Shown: one piece after another, positions 50,587-61,664 of the stretch
Layout: the number at the start of each line of letters is the position of its first letter
Position numbering within the stretch: the first letter of the stretch is position 1
IMG/VR virus record: IMGVR_UViG_3300002307_000018
Span: 200,638 to 264,637 of that record
Length of the DNA stretch: 64,000 bases
Source of the DNA: a virus
Lineage: Duplodnaviria > Caudoviricetes
Reading direction: 5' to 3' (one strand)
Notes under the pieces: generated by a model
Databases searched by the model: none
What the model was told of the DNA's origin: nothing
The model's input: only the letters and a program-made list of their open reading frames with translations
Made by a program: the position numbers and the translations under genes

Positions 50587-53500
50587 TTAGCCTCTGTCTA
50601 CTTTGACTTCAATCACGCCGACTGTAGTGCTGTCGTATGATTCAAGCGCACGAGCAATGATTGTACCGTACTCTGGAGTTAGAGCAGCAGTAGCAACACC
50701 TGGAATATCAGAGATAGTCAAGATATCACCCTTGTTGATCTTACCAACAACTTTACATGGTACACGTCCAGCTAGAGCAATGATCGCACTGTCTTTTAGA
50801 TCAGCGTTAAGAACATATGCTGGCTCTGTAGAAACGATACCAGCTAGCTTGAACTTACCGTCTAGAGTAGCAAGTGTTGTCTCAGCAGTACCGCCGATCA
50901 TTAGTACAGTTCCTGGCCCATATACAACGTCAGTTGAATAACGCTCACCCAAGTCAGAGTAAGTTGCTTGTAGTGTTGAACCAGCACCTAGACTCCAAGT
51001 ACCTGTGATAGTACCTGCTGTTCCCGAAGAACCAGCAGTAAGAACAGTAGTGTTCAATGAACCCACGGCTGTAGTACCAGTTACGTTCAAGCTTGTCAGT
51101 GTACCAACCGAAGTAATATTGGTTTGTGCTGCTGTGCTTAGTGTACCAGTTAGTGTACTTGCTCCAATAGTTCCTGCATTGGCGTATACGTTACCTGCTG
51201 TTACGTTTGCAGTTACGTTCAATGCACCTAATGTACCAACTGAGGTAATGTTAGTTTGCACCGCTGTACTTAGAGTACCAGTAAGCGTAGTAGCGCCAAT
51301 TGTTCCGCTGTTTGCGTATACGTTACCCGCTGTTATGTTTGCAGTTACAGCTAACGCACCTAATGTACCAACTGAGGTAATGTTAGTTTGCACCGCTGTA
51401 CTTAGAGTACCAGTAAGAGTAGTAGCACCAATTGTTCCTGCATTAGCATAGATGTTAGCAGCAGTAATGTTACCAGTTAGTGCCATTGCAGTAGAGTATG
51501 TCAACTCGCCTGTGCTTGCGTTAAAGAACATTGGAGTACCAATGTTGCCGCTGTCAGCACGAACCGGAGTTACAAAGAATCCAGCTCCAGTTGGGTTTAG
51601 TGCTGATCCAGTTGCATTGATTGCAATAGAACCCGCTGCTTGGCTAGTTTGTCCAGCAAGAGCACCAATAGCAACAGCTCCAGCACCTTGACCGCTTGAT
51701 CCAGCGTTGTAACCAATAGCTACACCCTGTGAACCTTGACCAGTACCACCAGCACCTGCGCCGATTGCAGTTGAGAATCCACCTGCGGCGCCTGCGCCGA
51801 CGCCAAGAGCAACAGATGTTACGCTGATTCTACCAGCAGCACCACCGTTGACATTGAATACAATGTTACCACTAGATGCAGGAATAGTTACGTTTGATGT
51901 ACCGTTGACAATAGCTGTACCAGCACCGACTGTTAGATTTGATAAGAATCCACCGTCACCGACAATGAATCCGCCTGTTGATGTGATATTACCCGCAACT
52001 GTAACTTGTCCACCAGCAGAGATATTACCTGATGATATGTTAGCAGTAATGCTTGCATTTCCAGCAGAGATATTACCTGTGATAGCTGCGTTACCAGAAG
52101 CAGCAAAGTTAACACCGCTGACGTTACCGCCTGATGTTACGTTACCGCTTGCACTTACAATACCACTAGTAGTTAAGTTACCACCAGTTATGTTGCCAGT
52201 TGCAAGAATTAGACCGCCGGTAGTTAAGTTACCACCCGAGATATTACCTGTAGCAGAAATCGCACCGAGTGTAGCAATGTTTCCAGCACTTGCATTACCA
52301 GTAACTGCCAGTGATATTAGTGTACCAACAGAAGTAACGTTAGTTTGTGCAGCAGTTGTTAGTGTACCACCTAACAGTGTTGCTGCAAGAGCACCTGTCG
52401 CGGCATTGAATGACAATGCTGAGTTAGATGACAGAGCTAAGTTACCAGTAGATGCTGAACTTACAAATGTCGGGAAGAACACGCCAGTTGACTGTGTAGT
52501 AACAGCACCAAAGTCGCTTACGTTTGCGTAAGTTACGTTCAAGTTAGCAACACGAGTGGTGCTTGTAACTGTCAATGGAGCAGTGCCCGTAGCAACGTTG
52601 CTTACGAGCGTAGATGCTGTAACTGTTGATGTTGCATTCAAGTTAGAAACGTTTGCATTGCCTGTTAGAGTAATGCTTGTTCCAGTTGCTGCTGTAATGT
52701 TAGGATTGGTCAGTACTGCGCCAGTAGGAACAGCAATGTTACCACTAACAATCGCAGTTGTAATGCCGTCAACGTTGGCAGAGAATACACCACCGTTAAG
52801 TGCAAGACCTGGGCCTGCAGTATATGAGCCAGCGCCTGAGAACTGTGAGAATACAATAGGTGTTGTTCCAACAGTTACTGGAGCGTTAGTTGTACAAACC
52901 CAACCAGTGTCTGCGTTGGTTGAGCCTTGAATGATAAACGTAAATGCACCAGGAAATTGAGCAGGACTATTATCATCTACCGATCGAGTTAGAACATAAG
53001 CTGCACCAGCGGTACCTTCTGTGGTCACCACATAGATACCATTAACAACACTTAGTCCGCCAACTTCGTTCTTAACTAATACACGATCTCCTAGTTGAGT
53101 TGCGGTTCCATCTACTGTCAATACACCAACTGCCAATGCAGTGATTGTTGCACCAACACCACTAGCTCCGTTGTTGTATGAGTATGAAGGTAGTGCTGCA
53201 GCAGTTGCTACTAGACAGCTAGCCTTGATGTTTAGACCCTGAACAGCACCGTCTACGTATGCTTTGGTTGCAGCATCTGAGTCTGCAACTGGAGCTGCCA
53301 AGTTAGTGATTCTAGTTGAGCTTACGCTTACAACACCAGTACCGCTTGGATCAAGAATAACGTTTTGATTTGTACCAGTAGCACTAATAGTAATAGCACC
53401 ACCGTTTCCAGTGATTGTGTTAGCAACTACAGCAGTAGCAGCATATACGTTTCCTGCTGTAACAATGTTGGCACCAGTAACATTAGCACTTGCAACAACT

Positions 53501-56500
53501 TGTCCTGCGGTATTTAAGTTACCACCAGTAATGTTACCTGTTGCAGCAACTTGGCCACCTGTAGTTAAGTTACCACCAGCCACGTTACCCTGTGCGCTTA
53601 CGAATCCAGCAGTAGATATGTTACCACCGGCAATGTTACCTGTTGCAGCAACTGCCCCAGCAGTAACTAGATTTGCGCCGCTGACATTTCCACTAACAGT
53701 CAATGTGTTTACTGATTTGTCAAATACCATTCCACCGGTAGCATTGGCTAATCCAGCGTCATTGAATAGAACTTGTGTATTGGCACCAGGTGCGCTGATA
53801 TTTCCGCTTACGTTACCAGTTACATTACCAACTAAGTTACCAGTAAATGTCGTAGCTGCTACGTTGCCAGCATTGACGTTACCGCTGACACCTAGACCGC
53901 CTTTTAGAACCAATGCTCCACTTGTTGTGTTTGTTGATCCAGTACTTGGTGCATTGAATGTTGCAACGATACCAGTAGCATCTGATGCACCTGATATGAT
54001 CTTAACAACTTTACCTGCACTGGCTGCACCGATAACAAGGTTACCGTTTTTGACGTATTCGTAGCCATCGTTAGGAGCTAGTGCGTTACCAAGTGAATTG
54101 GTTTGTGTACCGTCCCAACCCGATCCTGCTAGACCAATGTCTAGGAAGAAGGTTGTATCTGTTCCATTGTCGGCAGTGATAACATAATCCGCGCTTGCTT
54201 TTGCTCCGCCGTTAATGTTCTGTTGATTAACTTGAGTGTAATCATTCAGATTTGTTGCCATTTGGAATACTGCACTTGGTACTACTGTGTATCCAAACTG
54301 TAGTCCAGCATACAGTGCTCCTAGTCCAGTTGTAGCATTACCAAAGAACTGTCCGCTGTTACCAGTAACTTGTGTGATGTTACCAGCAATGTTAATGTTT
54401 CCACTCAGTGTAATGTTACCAGCAATAATATTGCCAGTGCCCATGTTGATGTTGCCACCAAGATTCAGATTGGTACCAACTGCGGCTGCTCCAACAACAC
54501 TCAATGAATTTACATTTGCAAGACCAGTAGTAACTAGTGCAGTTGTTCCAATGTTACCAACGTTAGCATTTGCTGTTACGTTTAGCGCAAAGCTATTTGC
54601 CGTACCTGATACAGCAATATTTCCAGCGACAATGTTACCACCAACTGTTAGAACATTGGTTGTATCGTTGAATGTCAGATTGGCATTTGCTCCAAAGTCT
54701 CCGTTATTGTTGTACTGTAGTTGTGTGTTCAATCCACCTGGTTGTTGGAAGTCAACTGGTGCACCATTAGCATAGTAGTAGTTATTTGTAAGAATGCCAA
54801 GTGCAGATAAGTTTCCGCCAACGTTAGCAAGATTTCCAATACTTAAGTTATTACCAACAACGTTACCAGCAGTTGTAATATTTCCCGCTGATAGATTTCC
54901 TTGTGCGCTGACAAAACCAGTAGTAGCAATATTTCCGCCACGCAGATTACCAGTAGCAGTAATGTTACCACTAGTTGAGAAGTCTCCTGAAACACCTAAG
55001 TTTCCAGCATTTAGATTTCCGCTGACACCCAAACCACCAGTAAGAACTAGTGCACCAGTGCTTGTGTCAGTTGATGGAGTTCCTGGGTCATTGAATGTTG
55101 CAACGATACCTGTGTTATCAGCAGCACCAACCAATATTTTAACTGCTGTTCCAGCAGTTTCTGTTCCAACAACTAGATTACCCTGATTGATATACAAGTA
55201 GCCATCATGTGGAGCAACTGCATTGCCAAGCGAGTTAGTTTGTGTACCGTCCCATCCGCTACCAGCAAGACCTAAGTCTAAGAAGTAGTTTGTATCATCG
55301 CCGTCATTAGCAGTGATAACATAATCAGCCGATGCTTGTGCACCGTTGTTTACGTTTTGTTGATTGATCTGAGAGTAGTCATTATCATTTGTTGACGCTT
55401 GAATAACCGAGGTAGCTAGATTTGCAAATCCAGTAACAACACCCGCACGTAGTGCTTGAATACCCGTGACTGCATCTCCGAAGATTCTAGCAGTTTGAGC
55501 AGTAACTTGAGAGATGTTACCAGTGATGTTTAAGTTGCCTACTAGATCAATGTTTCCGCCCGCATCAAGATCGCCCACTACATTAGCAGTACCACCGATG
55601 TTTGCAGCGTTAACTACAATCAGTGAATTGACATTTGCAACACCAGATGCAAGAATTTTTGTTGTTGCAAGATTACCAACAGCAGCATTGGCTGAAACTG
55701 TTAGTCTTGCACTAGTAAGATTGCCTGATGCAGCAACATTACCAACAGAAATGTTACCACCAACTGTCAGTACATTTGCAGCAGAGTCAAATACAAACGC
55801 AGCAGATGCTCCGAAATTACCAGCGTTGTTGTATTGAACTTGAGTGTTTGATCCAGCTGGCTGTTCAAAGTCGAGCGGTGCTCCGTTAGCGTAATAGTAG
55901 TTGTCAGTTTTGATTCCACCAGTGGTAATATTTCCAGTGATAGTTGCGTTGCTACTAATGCTTAAATTGTTGCCGCTGATGTTTCCGGCCGTTGTAATGT
56001 TACCACCTGAGACGTTACCAGTAGCTTGAACATTTCCGCCGACTACAACGTTACCAATTGTTCCAAAATTTCGTCCAGTGATATTACCAGTAGCAACTAC
56101 ATTTCCGCCTGTGTTGATATTGGCGCCAGTTATGTCACCACTAGCAACCATATTAGTACCACTTACATTACCAGTGGCAACAACGTTACCAATAGCATTG
56201 ACGTTTCCTGATGCAGCTAAATCATTTCCTGAAATATCTCCAGAGGCAGTAACGTTACCAAGTGTTGATAAGTTTCCGCCAGTGATGTTACCAGTAGCAT
56301 TAACAACACCAGAAGTGACAAAATTTGCACCAACAATATTGCTTGTAGAAACAATCGTTCCAGTAGATGATAGATTTCCAAAACTTCCGTTACCAATAAC
56401 GGTAAGATTATTACCTACGTTAACGTTAGAGTCAGCATTGACGTTTCCAGGTGTTACGAAATTGAACCCGGCTATATTACTATTAGAAGTTATACTTCCA

Positions 56501-57915
56501 TCGGCATCAATTCTTCCACTTACGATTACGTTCCCCATTGTGGTATTACCATTGGCTGCTTGTGTAAGAACGTTTGCTCCGTTAACTTGTAGATTAGATG
56601 TTGCTCCTGCTCCGACCATTGTCAGAGGAACTTGCTGAACGTAAATTGTGTTACCAGCAACCCACAAATCTTTCCACTGGTTGGTTGAGTTGCCAAGACT
56701 GTATAGATTATCCGATGTTGGGATAATATCGCCTGTCATTTCTAGATTACCAGAGTTGAATACAGCAACGATACCAGTATCGTTAGGAGCTCCAACCAAT
56801 ACTTTCATTGAGGTTCCAGCACCTTCGGCGCCGATAACTAAGTTACCAGAGTTAACATACATGTATCCATCGTCTGGATTAAGTGCGTTACCAAGTGAGT
56901 TTGTTTGTGTACCGTCCCATGTGCTACTAACAATACCCATGTCGATAAAGTTAGTAGTGTCTGTACCATTATCAGCAGTGATTACATAATCAAATGATGC
57001 TTGTGGGTTAGAGTTAATATTTTGTGCGTTAAGTTGCATGTAACCATTTAGATTACCCGACAATTGCAGAATCGCATTGCTTGCAATTGAATATCCAAGT
57101 GGGATACCAGCGTACAGTGCATTAGCGCCAGTTACTAAGTTACCAAAGAACTGGCCAGCATTTCCAGAGATAATATTGATGTTACCGTTAGCAGTAATAT
57201 TACCATTGACAAACATGTTTCCTGGTACTGTAAAGTCTCCAGTAGTATCAAATGTAAATTTATGTCTAACATTACCAGCACCAATTGTAGTAAGATTAGC
57301 TGTAGTTGGAATGTTATAACCAGAAACTGCCGGCAATGCTACTGCCGCAAAAGTTAAACCACCCGAGTAAGTATATCCCAACTCTCCGTCAATGGTTGCT
57401 GCGCCGTTACCTGTGTACGCATATGAATCATATTGTAGTATTGTATCACCTATCTGAACTGCTACAAGATTACCAGAGTCTGTTCCTCGTGCTCTTGAAG
57501 TTATGATTGATTCAGTGATTGCAATGTTACTAAATGTACTAACCTCGATACCAGTGGTAGTCATTTTCATGACATTTGCGCCTGCAACTGCTACGTATGC
57601 GTTGCCATTAACTGCATCAAATGCTACTTTTGAAGTGCCCTGTGTGATTTGCGATGCGTCAACGTTACCAACATCAATGTTAGCTTGTGTTACTCCGTCA
57701 GCTTGAAACACACCGAATGTAGTTGGGTTAATTGCTCTAAGTTGTAGTGGGCCAACATAAACTTGATTGGCGGCGGAGACATTCAAACCTGTAATATTTC
57801 CCGTGACATTAACGTCGCCTGAAATGCTATTTCCGTCGATGTTGCCGAAAAAATTGTTTGCAGTAACGTTGCCTGTAGTAACAACGCCGATAATGCCGTC
57901 AACTGTAGTTGTCAT
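50587..57915 (-). CDS. very long tail-fibre-like protein (2,442 aa)
   Basis: Gly/Asn/Thr/Ala-rich, almost Cys-free, three ~140-aa internal repeats, three 44-aa repeats, C-terminal YSDLGERY..Y.PGTVL..GG domain. Confidence 0.75.
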   Translation of the reverse strand: MTTTVDGIIGVVTTGNVTANNFFGNIDGNSISGDVNVTGNITGLNVSAANQVYVGPLQLRAINPTTFGVFQADGVTQANIDVGNVDASQITQGTSKVAFDAVNGNAYVAVAGANVMKMTTTGIEVSTFSNIAITESIITSRARGTDSGNLVAVQIGDTILQYDSYAYTGNGAATIDGELGYTYSGGLTFAAVALPAVSGYNIPTTANLTTIGAGNVRHKFTFDTTGDFTVPGNMFVNGNITANGNINIISGNAGQFFGNLVTGANALYAGIPLGYSIASNAILQLSGNLNGYMQLNAQNINSNPQASFDYVITADNGTDTTNFIDMGIVSSTWDGTQTNSLGNALNPDDGYMYVNSGNLVIGAEGAGTSMKVLVGAPNDTGIVAVFNSGNLEMTGDIIPTSDNLYSLGNSTNQWKDLWVAGNTIYVQQVPLTMVGAGATSNLQVNGANVLTQAANGNTTMGNVIVSGRIDADGSITSNSNIAGFNFVTPGNVNADSNVNVGNNLTVIGNGSFGNLSSTGTIVSTSNIVGANFVTSGVVNATGNITGGNLSTLGNVTASGDISGNDLAASGNVNAIGNVVATGNVSGTNMVASGDITGANINTGGNVVATGNITGRNFGTIGNVVVGGNVQATGNVSGGNITTAGNISGNNLSISSNATITGNITTGGIKTDNYYYANGAPLDFEQPAGSNTQVQYNNAGNFGASAAFVFDSAANVLTVGGNISVGNVAASGNLTSARLTVSANAAVGNLATTKILASGVANVNSLIVVNAANIGGTANVVGDLDAGGNIDLVGNLNITGNISQVTAQTARIFGDAVTGIQALRAGVVTGFANLATSVIQASTNDNDYSQINQQNVNNGAQASADYVITANDGDDTNYFLDLGLAGSGWDGTQTNSLGNAVAPHDGYLYINQGNLVVGTETAGTAVKILVGAADNTGIVATFNDPGTPSTDTSTGALVLTGGLGVSGNLNAGNLGVSGDFSTSGNITATGNLRGGNIATTGFVSAQGNLSAGNITTAGNVVGNNLSIGNLANVGGNLSALGILTNNYYYANGAPVDFQQPGGLNTQLQYNNNGDFGANANLTFNDTTNVLTVGGNIVAGNIAVSGTANSFALNVTANANVGNIGTTALVTTGLANVNSLSVVGAAAVGTNLNLGGNINMGTGNIIAGNITLSGNINIAGNITQVTGNSGQFFGNATTGLGALYAGLQFGYTVVPSAVFQMATNLNDYTQVNQQNINGGAKASADYVITADNGTDTTFFLDIGLAGSGWDGTQTNSLGNALAPNDGYEYVKNGNLVIGAASAGKVVKIISGASDATGIVATFNAPSTGSTNTTSGALVLKGGLGVSGNVNAGNVAATTFTGNLVGNVTGNVSGNISAPGANTQVLFNDAGLANATGGMVFDKSVNTLTVSGNVSGANLVTAGAVAATGNIAGGNISTAGFVSAQGNVAGGNLTTGGQVAATGNITGGNLNTAGQVVASANVTGANIVTAGNVYAATAVVANTITGNGGAITISATGTNQNVILDPSGTGVVSVSSTRITNLAAPVADSDAATKAYVDGAVQGLNIKASCLVATAAALPSYSYNNGASGVGATITALAVGVLTVDGTATQLGDRVLVKNEVGGLSVVNGIYVVTTEGTAGAAYVLTRSVDDNSPAQFPGAFTFIIQGSTNADTGWVCTTNAPVTVGTTPIVFSQFSGAGSYTAGPGLALNGGVFSANVDGITTAIVSGNIAVPTGAVLTNPNITAATGTSITLTGNANVSNLNATSTVTASTLVSNVATGTAPLTVTSTTRVANLNVTYANVSDFGAVTTQSTGVFFPTFVSSASTGNLALSSNSALSFNAATGALAATLLGGTLTTAAQTNVTSVGTLISLAVTGNASAGNIATLGAISATGNISGGNLTTGGLILATGNITGGNLTTSGIVSASGNVTSGGNVSGVNFAASGNAAITGNISAGNASITANISSGNISAGGQVTVAGNITSTGGFIVGDGGFLSNLTVGAGTAIVNGTSNVTIPASSGNIVFNVNGGAAGRISVTSVALGVGAGAAGGFSTAIGAGAGGTGQGSQGVAIGYNAGSSGQGAGAVAIGALAGQTSQAAGSIAINATGSALNPTGAGFFVTPVRADSGNIGTPMFFNASTGELTYSTAMALTGNITAANIYANAGTIGATTLTGTLSTAVQTNITSVGTLGALAVTANITAGNVYANSGTIGATTLTGTLSTAVQTNITSVGTLGALNVTANVTAGNVYANAGTIGASTLTGTLSTAAQTNITSVGTLTSLNVTGTTAVGSLNTTVLTAGSSGTAGTITGTWSLGAGSTLQATYSDLGERYSTDVVYGPGTVLMIGGTAETTLATLDGKFKLAGIVSTEPAYVLNADLKDSAIIALAGRVPCKVVGKINKGDILTISDIPGVATAALTPEYGTIIARALESYDSTTVGVIEVKVDRG
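51090..51470 (-). repeat. three tandem 132-bp (44-aa) repeats
   Basis: AN.GTIGA.TLTGTLSTA.QTNITSVGTL unit; GCACCTAATGTACC at 51224 and 51356. Confidence 0.85.
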
Positions 57916-57988
57916 AATAGTGATCCTTGATTAGTTCTATTCATGTATTTAGCGTAAATTGTAAAAACGCTTGCTTCATATGTATTCA

Positions 57989-58804
57989 TTACATTACGAC
58001 CCAGCGTCCAGAAGTCAGTATGATTCCGCCTCCGGGCACGACTTCTATTGGGCCAACGCTCATGGCATTGTATCCAGTGGGTACAGTGTACTGTTCTGCG
58101 ATAATTGTCGAGTTTAGAAATATACCGTTCATGGCAATCATTCCTTTACCACGAACGTTACCAGACAAAGTAGCGTCTACTCCCACTAAGTTACCAAGAA
58201 AGGTATCAGCTTTGACGTTACCATATTCGTTAACAGTTATGACATCGTTGGAGATAGCAACGTTGCTACCAAATTCAAATTGACCATTCGCAGTATCCCA
58301 GCCCATGAAAGCATCGACAGGCTGTGTGGTATAGTTGTGTAAGAGAAGACCACGATCAAAGCCGTTGTTGGCTGTTAGTGGAGAATTGTTGGGTCCGTTT
58401 CCAAGTTCAATGATTGGAGCTTGAACGGCCAATCGCTCAATATCAATATAAATGATATTACCATTGATGTCAACGTTACCATTGATAGTCACATCGCCAT
58501 TAAAGTTAGATGTGCCATCAACGGTGAATATAGCGTTTGAATTATCCCAAGTTAGATTTGAGCTAGCATCGAATGCTCCGCCAGTATTGAACTGAATTTG
58601 ACCTGTATTGCCTGCTGCACGTGCAGTGCTGCCGCCTGTTATAATCTCAGTATTATCTGGTGCGGCACCAATTGTATTGGGATCATTACCAATGAATAGA
58701 CGCTGCTCATCGACAGCCCAGCCGAATTCACCGACTGCCAGTTGTGGCAAGTCAGCAATGTTACCGCTTCTAACTTGGATTTTGGAGATTTGTACAATGG
58801 CCAT
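57989..58804 (-). CDS. virion structural protein (major-tropism-determinant-like N-terminus)
   Basis: IQVRSG..LPQLAVGEFGWAVDEQRLFIG. Confidence 0.65.
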   Translation of the reverse strand: MAIVQISKIQVRSGNIADLPQLAVGEFGWAVDEQRLFIGNDPNTIGAAPDNTEIITGGSTARAAGNTGQIQFNTGGAFDASSNLTWDNSNAIFTVDGTSNFNGDVTINGNVDINGNIIYIDIERLAVQAPIIELGNGPNNSPLTANNGFDRGLLLHNYTTQPVDAFMGWDTANGQFEFGSNVAISNDVITVNEYGNVKADTFLGNLVGVDATLSGNVRGKGMIAMNGIFLNSTIIAEQYTVPTGYNAMSVGPIEVVPGGGIILTSGRWVVM

Positions 58805-58853
58805 AAGTGATATATTCCTATATCACTTATTTATCACTGCATAGTAGGTTTAC

Positions 58854-59582
58854 TTATGCGTGTTTAACATAGTATTCTTCAACACGTTCCCACCAGCGAG
58901 TAGTCCAGTAATCGAAGTCTGCACCCTCGATAATGAACTCTTGATACTGCGGTAAAGTAATGATCTCAAATGTTTTTTCGTCTTGCTCTGGCTTAACGCA
59001 CATGAGTACAACGCCCTTTTTGATATTGGTACCATGAACTTCATTGTGTGCTGCGGCATAAGCAGCAAGTTGAATCTTGTAGTCATCGATCCATTCTTCT
59101 TTCTTAGGCTTGTTAGACTGCTTAAAGTCAAGAATCGATTCGCTTCCATTATGAATACCACAACAGTCGGTAGTACCTGCATAGATAGACGGGAAATATA
59201 CTGGAACTTCTACTCCCCAAAACTCGTTTACATTTTGTAGACCCTGTTCTACAACAATCTTTGCCATTGCATGACTAGCCCAGCTATAGGGGTTTGTTGG
59301 GCGATCATTGATTGTGCCCTCTTTGACGTATGTTTCAAGATAGGTGTGCATACGTGTGCCACGATTAGCTGCTTCAGTTGTGATAGCTTGCGCTTTTTCA
59401 GTACCAACTCGCTTGCGCCACTTGTTGAGTGAGTCACGCTTTTCTTGTGGCTCAGTAGCAGACAGAATCGTAGTGACTGACGGGACTCGTTGTTGATCGG
59501 GAGTATTGTACTGACGTTTGCCATTGACGTTTTCACGTAGCAATGGCTTATAGTCAAATTTTGGAATGTATAGTGAGATCAT
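58854..59582 (-). CDS. PD-(D/E)XK exonuclease (Cas4-like fold)
   Basis: PSVTTIL, RGTRMH, YAGTTDC, LDFKQS, YKIQLAAY. Confidence 0.85.
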   Translation of the reverse strand: MISLYIPKFDYKPLLRENVNGKRQYNTPDQQRVPSVTTILSATEPQEKRDSLNKWRKRVGTEKAQAITTEAANRGTRMHTYLETYVKEGTINDRPTNPYSWASHAMAKIVVEQGLQNVNEFWGVEVPVYFPSIYAGTTDCCGIHNGSESILDFKQSNKPKKEEWIDDYKIQLAAYAAAHNEVHGTNIKKGVVLMCVKPEQDEKTFEIITLPQYQEFIIEGADFDYWTTRWWERVEEYYVKHA

Positions 59583-59588
59583 GTAGCT

Positions 59589-59617
59589 ATTATACAACAA
59601 TAATGTATCATTGTCAA
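59589..59617 (-). promoter_or_regulatory. sigma70-type promoter
   Basis: TTGACA-N17-TATAAT just above the exonuclease start. Confidence 0.75.
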
Positions 59618-59631
59618 TAGAAATGGATTGA

Positions 59632-59985
59632 TTAGTCTCGTTTCTTAGACGCTCGTTTGGCCATTTTGTCAAGAACGTTTGTATCTGCGTCAGGCTCTTC
59701 CATTTCTGAATCTTCCGAATCACTATCGCCCTTGAATATGACTTTGTTGCCCTTGATGTTTGAAATCAAGTTCTTGAGTGGGTCTTCTTTGACCATTTCA
59801 CGAAACTGTTCTTCGTCAAGTGGGATACCAGCATCACTAAGAATGTTCAATAGCGCAGTCAAAGAGTAGGGCTTTTTGAAACCCTGATCCTTTGACTTTG
59901 CGTGTATCTGACTGATGATACCAGTCAGTTTGATACGCATACTATTGTCGTCTATTGATGACGTGTCGAATTCAAACAATCTCAC
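59632..59985 (-). CDS. hypothetical protein
   Basis: GTG start giving MRLFEF..., acidic C-terminus. Confidence 0.55.
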   Translation of the reverse strand: MRLFEFDTSSIDDNSMRIKLTGIISQIHAKSKDQGFKKPYSLTALLNILSDAGIPLDEEQFREMVKEDPLKNLISNIKGNKVIFKGDSDSEDSEMEEPDADTNVLDKMAKRASKKRD

Positions 59986-59986
59986 T

Positions 59987-60697
59987 TTAGCGAAGCTCTC
60001 TTCCAGCACCGCCAAGTTCTTCTTCTGGCTCTGGTAGTTCAGGCATAATGTCTGCTTCTTCTTCACCCGAAAACTCTTCTTCACCGCCGCCTGGTAATGG
60101 TTCTTCACCCGAAAAATCTTCTTCTTCGCCGCCGCCGAAGCCAAGATCATCACCACCCATATCACCCCCACCTTCACCGGTGATTGCGCCCATTGATGAA
60201 GTCAAGCTACCTTTTGCAGCAGTTACAGCAGACAATAGAGTTGTCAATGCTTCTGATACGCTTTGATTGTATGACTCACTTTCTGATGTACCGATCTCAT
60301 TAGAGATACCGCTAACAACAGCAGGCAATTCTTCTGCGTTCATTTTCGAGATTTGCTCAACCATCTTTTGCAGTTGATCGATCAAGTCTTGAGCAGCAAG
60401 AATAACTTGTGACTTTTCAACTTCTTCGTTCTCAGTCACGATTCGTGTTTGAACTTTGATATCGCCATAGTGCTGCGTCAGCATTTGCTCCATCATTACA
60501 AGCTTAAGATGTGCTGGAGAAGCGTTTGTGCCGTACGCTGTACGAGCAGATTCTTTTAGCAGACCACGAACCTTAGTCAGCATAGCACGAGTTTTAGATG
60601 CGTTCATGCTGTTAAGATCAATGTTGATCTCAAAGTGTTCACGCAGCGCACGTTGTGTTTGTTTTTTCTTTGGTTGGGCCATTTCTGTTAATTTCAT
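59987..60697 (-). CDS. putative head scaffold/assembly protein
   Basis: MKLTEM start, coiled coil, Glu/Gly-rich tail. Confidence 0.45.
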   Translation of the reverse strand: MKLTEMAQPKKKQTQRALREHFEINIDLNSMNASKTRAMLTKVRGLLKESARTAYGTNASPAHLKLVMMEQMLTQHYGDIKVQTRIVTENEEVEKSQVILAAQDLIDQLQKMVEQISKMNAEELPAVVSGISNEIGTSESESYNQSVSEALTTLLSAVTAAKGSLTSSMGAITGEGGGDMGGDDLGFGGGEEEDFSGEEPLPGGGEEEFSGEEEADIMPELPEPEEELGGAGRELR

Positions 60698-61164
60698 TTT
60701 TTATTTCCTTGTATATGACTGATAGTGTTTGCCATTTTAAAGTATTTATCAATTTCAGCAATTATTCGTTTTTCTTTACGTTTGTCAACATCTATCTTTG
60801 TCTTGTATAACAGAAACAACTCAGTATCATTTCTGTTTTTAGCCTTTAGTTTTTCGTGAATCTTCTTATCAATATCAACACTAGACAGTGCGCTGTCTAG
60901 AAATTTCATTCTATCACGCTCACTGTATCTGCAGGTATGATCTAGCATGATCCAAATCATTGCGTGTTTCATTCGTTCAAATTCAATGTTAAGATGATCT
61001 GATCTGCGAAAGACTAAGATGCATTTGTCTGTACGTGTGATACTATATTTATTAAAGATCACATACTGTTTGCCAATCATGATGATAACTGAGTCTAGCA
61101 ATCTCTCAAGAGTATGCTCGATTACTGTTCCAAGATCATTAAGTACCTTTTTTGATTTTTTCAT
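60694..61164 (-). CDS. hypothetical protein
   Basis: 156 aa, coupled ORF. Confidence 0.55.
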   Translation of the reverse strand: MKKSKKVLNDLGTVIEHTLERLLDSVIIMIGKQYVIFNKYSITRTDKCILVFRRSDHLNIEFERMKHAMIWIMLDHTCRYSERDRMKFLDSALSSVDIDKKIHEKLKAKNRNDTELFLLYKTKIDVDKRKEKRIIAEIDKYFKMANTISHIQGNKK

Positions 61165-61616
61165 TTTACAATCTCAAAGTAAATATTCTTCATCTCAGCG
61201 GTAACATTCATTTGATTTGACAGCTTGAATGTCTCGTCTAATCCCGTTATCATGGGGACTTGTTCACAGTCAGTAAGCAAGTAGCCCAATTCCTCAATAC
61301 CATTATGAAATACATCTGGATGATCAATAGAAAACATGAACTTCCAAACTGAAATCTTGTTGTCTTTTATGGTTTCCTTTTCGTACAGATAGCCAAACTT
61401 GTACTGTTCCATGTCGCTAGTGTCGATTTCAATGTGCTCGACTTCGCTGATGTTTTCTGGCTGACTACGCATATTGATAATCTGTAGTATCGTTTCAAAA
61501 TTGGATTGCTGACTGCGTGACTTGCGCTCGTCAGTACTGACGATTTCAACAAACTTCTTTCTGAATGTGATATTGCTTTTGGTAATATCATACAATGTAT
61601 AGCATTTGATATTCAT
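61161..61616 (-). CDS. conserved phage protein
   Basis: IKCYTLYDIT...QQSNFETILQ.I.MRSQP. Confidence 0.6.
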   Translation of the reverse strand: MNIKCYTLYDITKSNITFRKKFVEIVSTDERKSRSQQSNFETILQIINMRSQPENISEVEHIEIDTSDMEQYKFGYLYEKETIKDNKISVWKFMFSIDHPDVFHNGIEELGYLLTDCEQVPMITGLDETFKLSNQMNVTAEMKNIYFEIVK

Positions 61617-61664
61617 GCTCTTATTTAGAGCGAATAGCTATCGTACTAGAATTTCACTGTATGA

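Noticed and set aside
50587-51470. Diversity-generating retroelement targeting the fibre C-terminus
   Set aside because: No reverse transcriptase and no template/variable repeat pair differing at adenines in this window.
50603-57706. Long plus-strand ORFs antisense to the fibre gene (also 41540..43764, 47088..48437, 60048..60722)
   Set aside because: Shadows of repetitive, biased codon usage on the coding strand; no SD or motifs.
58854-59582. Cas4 / CRISPR adaptation gene
   Set aside because: A PD-(D/E)XK exonuclease lacking the four-Cys Fe-S motif and any cas context; typical phage replication nuclease.
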